From: Octopus sinensis
Lineage: Eukaryota
Direction: 5' to 3'
Length of the DNA stretch: 8,575 bases
Assembly (NCBI RefSeq): GCF_006345805.1
Contig: NW_021828484.1
Span: 1 to 8,575 of the forward strand
The notes below the pieces were generated by a model. That model was not told the origin of the DNA, made no database searches, and saw only the letters and a list, made by a program, of their open reading frames with translations. Below, in pieces: positions 1 to 6,427 of this stretch. Both the position numbers and the translations under genes were made by a program. Position 1 is the first letter of the stretch, and each line of letters begins with the position of its first letter.

Positions 1-172
1 CTCGGGCCGACCAAGGCCTTGTGAGTAGATTTTGTACGCACAAACTGAAAGAAGACTGTCGTATATATGTGTATATTTGTATATTTGTGTGTGTGTGTAT
101 GTGCATGTGTATGTGTGAGTGTGTGTGTTTTCGTATTCCCACCATTGCCAGACGACCGACGTTGCTATGTTT
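1..172 (+). mobile_element. 3' part of octopus-type tRNA-derived SINE with internal TA/TG microsatellite (5' end outside window)
   Basis: 1-64 (ctcgggccgaccaaggccttgtgagtagatt...gaaagaagactgtcgta) is the reverse complement of the SINE bodies at 6909-6963 and 7975-8037. It is followed by a (TA/TG)n tract at 61-128 and degenerate downstream SINE sequence. Confidence 0.8.
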
Positions 173-202
173 TAACATTGCTACTATTGGCTTTTTCCCA
201 CA

Positions 203-271
203 CAGATTTCTGTTTACCTTTTACTGCAACAGGGCGTTTTTTCTGTTTGTAAAAAGCGAACAGGAAATCTG
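203..271. other. imperfect 69-nt hairpin
   Basis: Arms 203-232 (cagatttctgtttaccttttactgcaacag) and 243-271 (ctgtttgtaaaaagcgaacaggaaatctg) are largely complementary around a 10-nt loop. Confidence 0.5.
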
Positions 272-569
272 ATGCTATAAACTAATGTTATAACTAATGT
301 TATAAACAATCCTTCAACATACAATTTGTTACTATGGCTTCCAACAAACCTTAGTTGTTATAGTTACTGATATCTCACATGGAATGTCTGAGTGAATGTA
401 AATATTGGCCATTACGGTTGAAGAAACTGTTTATTCTATCATTACTGACAATGATTAAATCATTAGCAGAAACTGTAATATCAAGGATGTTATTAATATA
501 ATTACTATCACCATTTCTCTCTGTCTGTGTGTCTGTGTGTCTGTCTGTCTGTCATGAATATCTTGGGTA

Positions 570-641
570 ACTTTTATCTTTTAGTTGTTTCAGTTGTTAG
601 AGTGTGGCCATGCTGGGGCACCGCCTCGAGGAGTTTTAGTC
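570..641 (-). mobile_element. SINE 3' tail fragment (left part of a SINE interrupted by 642-1242)
   Basis: ttttagttgtttcag...gtggccatgctggggcaccgcc...ttttagtc; the same motif (tgtggccatgctggagcacc) recurs near 7765-7785. The SINE continues at 1243. Confidence 0.7.
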
Positions 642-670
642 AAACTGATCTCGAGTAGATTTCTGGTCTT

Positions 671-870
671 TTATTACCTCCGCCAAGGAAGGAGGTCATG
701 TTTTCATTGACGATTGTTTATCCGTCTGTCCCTCTGTGTGCAAAATAACTCAAAAAGTTGTAAACGGTATTTAATGATACTTACAGAAACATTTGGTAAT
801 GACACAAGGAACAGATGATGAAATTTTGGTAGTGATCCGGGAATTTTTATGGATTCTTGAAGGATTTTTA
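671..870 (+). mobile_element. Helentron-associated (HINE/DINE-1-like) element, 5' portion
   Basis: Starts ttattacctccgccaagg (subterminal-IR-like) with a local inverted copy acctcc 676-681 / ggaggt 691-696, then a GTCT/GTCC-like microsatellite (719-740) and an ataactcaaaaag...gaaattttggt core. This is the usual HINE layout. No 3' end is seen and the right boundary is approximate. Confidence 0.6.
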
Positions 871-1011
871 ATTTGTTATATTTACTTTACGTGAAGTATT
901 ACAGTTACGTTCATTGATTATCTCCCTTGAAATGACGTTCATCGTTTCCACTTAACCTACACACATGTGTAGATATATATGATTTAATTTAATTAAATTC
1001 TATGTCTTTAT

Positions 1012-1095
1012 GCTGCTGAGGATTGTTCTGCACTTAAATTGATGTAATGATTGCATTGTTAAATTAAATGGAGTTGCGTGAAACGATCGTACTGC
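1012..1095 (+). ncRNA. type I hammerhead-ribozyme-like motif B (degenerate; Penelope-like-element type)
   Basis: CTGAGGA at 1016-1022, GAAA at 1080-1083, then C-GATC-G-T-A (palindromic ACGATCGT stem III, GUA triplet ending 1091). Stem I gctg 1012-1015 / ctgc 1092-1095 pairs 3 of 4. The base of stem II (57-nt region) does not pair convincingly. Confidence 0.5.
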
Positions 1096-1242
1096 CTTAC
1101 CTCTGGATATCCTTGTTGCTTATTTTGATTTCAATGACCTAATATATATACATAAATATATATATATAAAATAATATGTACAATTACTCAATAGTCAAGA
1201 TAAAACTCTGAGTTTCAGATGCCGAAGTGGAAATCCACAACA

Positions 1243-1375
1243 ACCCTAGTCATTATTCTATCGGTCATCTTTTACGAAACCAGGTCGTAAACACACCAAC
1301 ACCACACAGTGGGACTGAACCCGGAACCATGTGGTTAGGAAGCAGGCTTCTTACCACACAGCCACGCCTGCGCCT
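1243..1375 (-). mobile_element. remainder of interrupted SINE including tRNA-like head, internally deleted
   Basis: Minus strand reads aggcgcaggcgTGGCTGTGTGGtaagaagcctgcttcctaaccacatggttccgGGTTCAGTCCCactg, with A-box and B-box-like motifs. It is near-identical to the heads at 7001-7058 and 8073-8141. Confidence 0.85.
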
Positions 1376-1399
1376 CTGCTTATTATCTTTATTACATTC

Positions 1400-2160
1400 A
1401 CTGGTGAATGTGTTTCATCAATATCAACGACGCAGAAACAATGGCCATTGTCCCCCTTCACGAAACAGCAGTAAATTGTCTGGCAAAGAAGCAATTTATT
1501 GATATTGATTTCCATGGTAAGCTCCCGATGACATTTGAAACTATACTCTTAATGTCAACCGCTGGTACACATTGATCGTAAAAACTAATGAGTTCAACTG
1601 CATCTCTCTATATATAAACGGCAGTTTGTCTGTCTGTGTGTCTGTCAGGTTGTACCCTCACCCTGACCACGGCTTTCAACCGATTCTGATGAAACTTGAC
1701 ACACACATAGCCCAATGTTATAATTAAAAACTAACGCAGCGAAAATTTTGAAAAGTTCCCCCAGTTCTGAAAAAAATCGATAAATTCGACATGGGGTCGA
1801 GAATCTAAGCTTTTTACATGCAACACATTTTCTGTTGTAGTTTTCGCAACTTGCAATCGATTTTCACCAAACTCATGGTGAAGCTTAATGTTACCCTAAG
1901 AAACTTAATTCTGACGTTAGTTTTCCATGCAATACCTTACCATCAGAAAAAATCGATAAAATCATACCATCTTGGGAAATCGCGTTGAAATTCAAGATGA
2001 CATATTTTCGATAATATCTTTCACAAATTGGCAGGAATTTTTTTAAAATTCACAGCGAGCATCATGTCTGTTCCAGGGGCTCTTACATACCCGGGCAATG
2101 CCGGGCTATGCTGCTAGTTAATCATATATTGATAAGGTTATCATTCAATTTGATTTATTC
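1400..2160. repeat. copy 1 of ~230-bp direct repeat (1400-1602 plus 2118-2160), split by a Helitron
   Basis: 1400-1602 vs 2510-2712 differ at about 14 positions by hand count (~93%). Homology resumes at 2118 (ttaatcatat...atttgatttattc). Confidence 0.95.
1603..2117 (+). mobile_element. non-autonomous Helitron, 515 bp
   Basis: 5' TC(TCTCTATATATAAA); subterminal hairpin cccgg-gcaatg-ccggg at 2090-2105; 3' CTAG at 2114-2117. Inserted between A1602 and T2118 with no TSD, and the empty site is present at 2712/2713. Confidence 0.92.
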
Positions 2161-2395
2161 GTCAATTTCAGCTGAACAAGTATCTTTTTCATGCAATTGA
2201 TTAAAATAGTCATCTAAATATCATACTCGATGTAAAAACATCGTCGGAAAGCAAGTTTACTGCAATATTTGTCCAGAGATGGCACTTCTTATGGATGAGC
2301 TGTGCTTAAACACCCAATACATATTGGAGAGAGATGAAAATCTCAGCCGCGACTAGCAAGAAGGACAGATGCATTTGTATCTCTTTTGGCTTTTT

Positions 2396-2440
2396 CGCTG
2401 AGGTTGACTTTGCCTTTCAACCTTTTAGGAGCCAATAAGG
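2396..2440 (+). mobile_element. degenerate Nin-domain-like SINE fragment
   Basis: gctgaggttgactttgcctttcaaccttttaggagcc resembles the conserved gaggtcgactttgcctttcatcctttcgggg SINE domain (recalled, not searched). Confidence 0.4.
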
Positions 2441-2525
2441 ATATTTTCACTTTGACCAGCAGATTTTTAAAATAATTTCTTTGTAACTAAACCCTTTTAA
2501 ACTTCGTATACTGGTAGAATGTGTT
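2441..2525 (+). repeat. diverged copy of an interspersed repeat family also at 5187-5396, 6455-6665 and 7787-7920
   Basis: Shares gat(a/c)ttttc...aatttct...aaacttcgta(a)tactggtagaa with the other three copies. Class unknown. Confidence 0.7.
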
Positions 2526-2735
2526 TCATCAATAATAACGACACAGAAACAATGGCCATTTGCCCCTTCACGAAACGGCAGTAAATTGTCTGGCAAAGAA
2601 ACTATTTATTGATATTGATTTCCATGGTAAGCTCCCGATGATACTTGAAACTATACTCTTAATGTCAACCGCTGGTACACATTGATCGTAAATACCAATG
2701 AGTTTAACTGCATTAATCATATATTTGATTTATTC
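2510..2735. repeat. copy 2 of direct repeat; carries the empty Helitron target site
   Basis: Reads aactgca|ttaatcatat at 2706-2722, versus aactgca-[Helitron]-ttaatcatat in copy 1. Confidence 0.95.
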
Positions 2736-2930
2736 CAGAAACTGACCATCAAATGTTAACATCTCCATATTTTTATTATTCCATTTGTACACTGCAAACG
2801 AGTTATTTCCAGTAGTAATTGAATGACTAATGCTCACTCATCGTTTGTCTACAAAACTTGAAGGGACATGTCCAGCTTTATCAGAAACTATCAGATCCTG
2901 TAGATATGAAGTAGAAGATAGCATTTCACT

Positions 2931-3021
2931 GACACACACACGCACACAGAGAAATGTATATATAATTATATATATATATATAATATATATATATATATTA
3001 TATATATATATATAATATATA

Positions 3022-3053
<32 letters not shown>

Positions 3054-3083
3054 ATATCTATATATATATATATATACATATAT
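2931..3083. repeat. (CA)n then interrupted (TA)n microsatellite
   Basis: Directly visible. Confidence 0.97.
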
Positions 3084-3208
3084 AATATTATTAGAGACAA
3101 AACCACTATTTTGCAAAACAAACAATTTATTAAAATTTTATGTATTGATTAAGTCTTTCCTTGTTTGTTTTGCAAAATAGTGGTTTTGTCTCTAATTAAT
3201 ATTATATA
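3079..3208. repeat. fold-back inverted repeat with perfect 36-bp arms
   Basis: 3090-3125 (attagagacaaaaccactattttgcaaaacaaacaa) is the exact reverse complement of 3161-3196, around a 35-nt loop. It extends ~11 bp further outward with a 1-nt bulge. Confidence 0.97.
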
Positions 3209-3300
3209 ATATTTTACTATAAAATTGGATTTAATCCTAAATCTGATTTTTTCCCTGCAAATTTGGATTTATTCCCTAATATTTATTATTTTATATATAT

Positions 3301-3547
3301 AAGGCACTTTATTTCACGTTGCTCCAGTTCACTCAACTGTAAAAATGAGTTGCGACGTCACAGGTGCCAAGCTGTATCGGCCTTTGTCTTTCCCTTGGAT
3401 AACACTGGTGGCGTGGAGAGGGGAGGCCGGTATGCATGGGCGACTGCTGGTCTTCCATAAACAACCTTGCCCGGACTTGTGTCTAGGAGGGTAACTTTCT
3501 AGGTGCAATCCCATGGTCATTCATGACCGAAGGGGGTCTTTACCCTT
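3301..3547 (+). mobile_element. 5'-truncated SINE/retroposon 3' portion
   Basis: GC-rich block beginning ggcactttatttcacgttgctccagttcactcaactgtaaaaatgag (SINE central-domain-like) and ending gggggtctttaccc. It sits between two AT/TA runs and matches an octopus repeat as I recall it. Confidence 0.6.
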
Positions 3548-3548
3548 T

Positions 3549-3730
3549 ATATATATATTGGTAAAAACGATAAGATTACAAAAGAAAGAAAGAGACCTCA
3601 ATATTATGTAAATAGAGGAAATTTAGCTGTAAAATAATATGTTACAATTACTCAACAGTCAAGATAAAACTCTGAGTTTCAGATGACGAAGTGGAAATCC
3701 ACAACACCATCTCTTCGGTTATCTGGCCAT
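3549..3730 (-). mobile_element. putative Penelope-like element terminal fragment (hammerhead plus ~110-nt tail ending in TA run)
   Basis: Carries hammerhead-like motif A, followed on the minus strand by an AT-rich tail ending in a (TA)n run near 3549-3558. No RT or GIY-YIG ORF is seen, so the family assignment is inference. Confidence 0.5.
3662..3724 (-). ncRNA. type I hammerhead-ribozyme-like motif A
   Basis: Minus strand reads AGATAA-CCGAAGA-GATGgtgttGTGGatttCCACttcgtCATCt-GAAA-CTC-a-GAG-T-T-TTATCT. It has a perfect 6-bp stem I, a core differing from CUGANGA at one position, a stem II hairpin, GAAA, a near-palindromic stem III and a GUU triplet, all at canonical spacing. Confidence 0.7.
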
Positions 3731-3744
3731 CTGAAAAAAACGCT

Positions 3745-3801
3745 ATGAAGAGACGGTGTTGTGGATTTCCACTTCGGCATCTGAAACTCAGAGTTTTATC
3801 T
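3745..3801 (+). ncRNA. 5'-truncated copy of hammerhead-like motif A
   Basis: ATGAAGA 3745-3751 ... GAAA 3783-3786 CTCAGAGTT TTATCT. It lacks C3 and the 5' strand of stem I. Confidence 0.45.
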
Positions 3802-3903
3802 TGACTATTGAGTAATTGTACATATTATTTTATATATATATATTTATGTATATATATTAGGTCATTGAAATCAAAATAAGCAACAAGGATATCCAGAGGT
3901 AAG

Positions 3904-3988
3904 GCAGTACGATCGTTTCACGCAACTCCATTTAATTTAACAATTGCAATCATTACATCAATTTAAGTGCAGAACAATCCTCAGTTGC
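3904..3988 (-). ncRNA. second copy of hammerhead-like motif B
   Basis: Minus strand reads gcaa-CTGAGGA-...-GAAA-CGATCGTA-ctgc; tcctcag at 3978-3984 and tacgatcgtttc at 3908-3919 on plus. Confidence 0.5.
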
Positions 3989-4126
3989 ATAAAGACATAG
4001 AATTTAATAAATTAAATATATTATCTACACATGTGTGTAGGTTAAGTGGAAACGATGAACGTATTTTCAAGGGAGATAATCAATGAACGTAACTGTAATA
4101 CTTCACGTAAAGTAAATATAACAAAT

Positions 4127-4300
4127 TAAAAATCCTTCAAGAATCCATAAAAATTCCCGGATCAATACCAAAATTTCATCATCTGTTCCTTGTGTCATTA
4201 CCAAATGTTTCTGTAACATTTTCAATCGTCAATGAAAACATAACCTCCTCCTTTTCAATCGTCAATGAAAACATAACCTCCTCCTTGGCGGAGGTAATAA
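4127..4300 (-). mobile_element. HINE-like 5' end, second copy (rearranged)
   Basis: ccttggcggaggtaataa at 4283-4300 is the reverse complement of 671-688. Confidence 0.6.
4219..4284. repeat. exact 33-bp tandem duplication
   Basis: ttttcaatcgtcaatgaaaacataacctcctcc at 4219-4251 and 4252-4284. Confidence 0.98.
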
Positions 4301-4631
4301 AAGACCAGAAATCTACTCGAGATCAGTTTACAAAATACAGGAAATGAGTTGAAATTTAAATAACATTGACTAATTTTTACCCCCATTTCTAGTGAATAAT
4401 AAAGTCCTGTATATGATTCAGCAAGACTTTCACCCGACCCCACCCTCCAAGCCACTCTTTCAAATTTTTTTTTCTTTTTTCGACCCAAACCCCACTTTTC
4501 GACTACGTAGAATACAAATCTACAAAAAAAAAAAAAGGCAAAAATCGGAATTCTTAAATTTTTTTTTTTCAAAATATGCAGAAAAATGTGAACATTATGA
4601 TTCGGACAAAAATTTCAAAACATTTCTGTAG

Positions 4632-4663
4632 TTACGGTTAGGGTGTTAGGGTTAGGGTTAGGG
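4632..4663 (+). repeat. short interstitial TTAGGG cluster
   Basis: ttacgg ttaggg tg ttaggg ttaggg ttaggg. Confidence 0.9.
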
Positions 4664-4735
4664 AAAAAAAGTCAAAATTGAAGAATTGGGGGGGGGGGGA
4701 GGCGAAAATTTAACAATGCCAATTTTTGGCAATTT

Positions 4736-4972
4736 TCTCGTAGATTCCCTTAATTTATAATTTATATATATATATAAAAATAAATATTAAAAAGTAAACG
4801 AATGCAGTTGAACGCAGATGTTATTCAAATTCTCTTCACTCCTACTCTCTTTCTCTCTTCTCTCTTACTCTCTTTCTGGCTACTATTTTCAGCATGACTG
4901 CTATTTTCAGCATGGTGGTATCTCGTAGATACCCTAATTTATAATTTTAATATACACATACATACATACATA

Positions 4973-5026
<54 letters not shown>

Positions 5027-5063
5027 ATATACATATGTATATAATACATATAACACACACCAC

Positions 5064-5136
<73 letters not shown>

Positions 5137-5176
5137 AAGTAAATAAACGGAGTTGAACGCAAGTGTTATTCAAATT
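4736..5176. repeat. direct repeat (4736-4831 and 4921-5176) with different internal TA-tract lengths
   Basis: Both start tctcgtagat(t/a)ccct(t)aatttataattt and end (c/g)agttgaacgca...gttattcaaatt. Confidence 0.85.
4950..5134. repeat. compound (TA)n/(TACA)n/(CA)n microsatellite
   Basis: Directly visible. Confidence 0.98.
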
Positions 5177-5186
5177 TAAAGAATTT

Positions 5187-5396
5187 GGATCTTTTCCTTT
5201 TGATGGACGGAATTCAACACAATTTCTAGTTAGCTAAACAATTTGAAACTTCGTAATACTGGTAGAAGTGTCAAAAGAAAACATTATTTTCACTTGGCTT
5301 TTTTGATAAATTGTAATTTGTAAGCTTAACGTAGTTTAATTATTCGAATTTTAACCAATGAATTGCCAGCATTTGAGCTCAAATCATTTGCTGCGT
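5187..5396 (+). repeat. interspersed repeat copy; left arm of inverted pair with 6455-6665
   Basis: ggatcttttccttttgatggacggaattcaac...gagctcaaatcatttgctgcgt matches the reverse complement of 6455-6665 with few differences. Confidence 0.95.
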
Positions 5397-5435
5397 CTAA
5401 AAACTCAGACATCCTGTTACAACGTAAACAGCGCG

Positions 5436-5584
5436 CACACACACACACACACTCACACACACCACACACACACACTCACACACACCACACACACCACGCA
5501 CACACACACACACACACCACACACAACTCACACACACACACACACAACACCACACACACACTCAACCACACACACACACACACA

Positions 5585-5647
<63 letters not shown>
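5436..5647. repeat. interrupted (CA)n microsatellite
   Basis: Directly visible. Confidence 0.98.
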
Positions 5648-6007
5648 CGTGTTATTCATCCTTCTCTCTTCTGTCTGTTTCGCTCGTCGATATTGATAAA
5701 CAAACGAGGAGGCATTTGCTAGAAATAACAGCCATATCTCTTAAATCGATGAATTTCGTCGCCCAATAAAAATATTAACGATATTTTTTGAATATTTTCT
5801 TTATTTTTTTTTACCGAAAAGGCTTCTCTCCTGGTTTTGAAGGGCAAAAAACAACAAAAACAAAACAATAATATACCTAAATCGGTCTAGAGTGGGATAT
5901 GAGGGGCGCGTGGAGTGTGGGTCGTACTGTAAAAATTTGCGAAATAATTATTCATAAAAGGAGGACCCAGCTTGTCGGAGGCTGTGATATAAATTGGGAA
6001 AAAATCC

Positions 6008-6197
6008 TCGACACCAGTGCGTAATTGGTACTTAATTTATCGACCCCGAAACGATGAAACATTGACCCCCCCCCATTTCTGGTTTATTTACCTTTTGTGC
6101 AAATTTGTTGCGGCAAGGGGCAAAACACAGAGGGGACAAAGCATGAGATACAAAAGTATTAAGTCGATTCTATCGACACCAGTGCGAACTCACGAAC
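6008..6197 (-). mobile_element. rearranged Nin-domain-like SINE fragments
   Basis: ggtacttaatttatcgaccccgaaacgatgaaac (Nin-like) at ~6027-6060 and caaggggc...cacagaggggacaaa...ttaagtcgatt at ~6113-6169. A 14-bp direct repeat lies at 6008-6021 and 6173-6186. Confidence 0.6.
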
Positions 6198-6340
6198 GTG
6201 TATGTATGCTTGTGTGCGTATGTGTGTGTATGTATATCTCCGTTTGTATGTGTGTGTACGTTTGTATGTGTGTGTACGCTTATATATTAATTACTATGTG
6301 CTTGTGCAAATGTATATGCATGTGTTTGAGAGAGAGAGTG

Positions 6341-6371
<31 letters not shown>

Positions 6372-6417
6372 TGCAAGTGTACGTGTGTATGTATCTGAAT
6401 ATATGTGTGTGTGTATG
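6198..6417. repeat. compound (TG)n/(TATG)n/(GA)n microsatellite
   Basis: Directly visible. Confidence 0.97.
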
Positions 6418-6427
6418 CGGCGTGCGT

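Larger units (their letters stand above)
642..1242. repeat. left arm of ~600-bp long-range inverted duplication (partner 3757-4329)
   Basis: By hand alignment 781-1242 vs reverse complement of 3757-4216 differs at roughly 10 positions. The outer end aaactgatctcgagtagatttctggtc matches 4329 inward exactly. Confidence 0.97.
3630..3832. repeat. fold-back inverted repeat with ~86-bp arms
   Basis: 3630-3716 vs 3747-3832 differ by 3 substitutions and 1 indel; 30-nt loop at 3717-3746. Confidence 0.97.
3757..4329. repeat. right arm of long-range inverted duplication (partner 642-1242)
   Basis: See the left arm. This copy lacks the equivalent of ~717-780 and has a 33-bp tandem duplication instead. 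Confidence 0.97.

Noticed and set aside
910-945. Possible third hammerhead (ttgatta...cttgaaatgacgtt)
   Set aside because: The core has two mismatches, there is no stem II or stem I pairing, and the two copies disagree after GAAA.
1302-1375. Functional tRNA genes at the SINE heads (also 7001-7058 and 8073-8141)
   Set aside because: A/B boxes are present, but there is no full cloverleaf and each head is attached to a SINE body.
1411-1575. ~55 open codons with a CATG|GTAAGC donor-like site in the duplicated segment (also near 2625)
   Set aside because: The two copies differ by frameshifting 1-bp indels, there is no good acceptor, and the segment begins inside an interspersed repeat.
4219-4284. 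CRISPR-like or regulatory repeat array (also the 28-bp duplication at 7806-7860, 18-bp at 4880-4915 and 12-13-bp at 276-305)
   Set aside because: These are two-copy tandem duplications without spacers in a eukaryotic context, consistent with slippage or repair.
671-4300. One 3.6-kb TIR transposon bounded by ttattacctccgccaagg / ccttggcggaggtaataa
   Set aside because: Homology continues 29 bp outside these motifs and ~570 bp inside, there is no TSD at those ends, and no transposase is present. An inverted segmental duplication explains it better.
642-4329. Assembly chimera as the explanation for the long inverted repeat
   Set aside because: The arms differ by substitutions, indels and a structural change, and the left arm splits a SINE coherently. 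Long reads are still needed to exclude it fully.
4632-4663. Chromosome end or true telomere
   Set aside because: Only four TTAGGG units, embedded in ordinary sequence on both sides.
4801-4813. 13-bp match aatgcagttgaac to the minus strand of the reconstructed Helitron target site
   Set aside because: It is too short and does not extend, so chance cannot be excluded.
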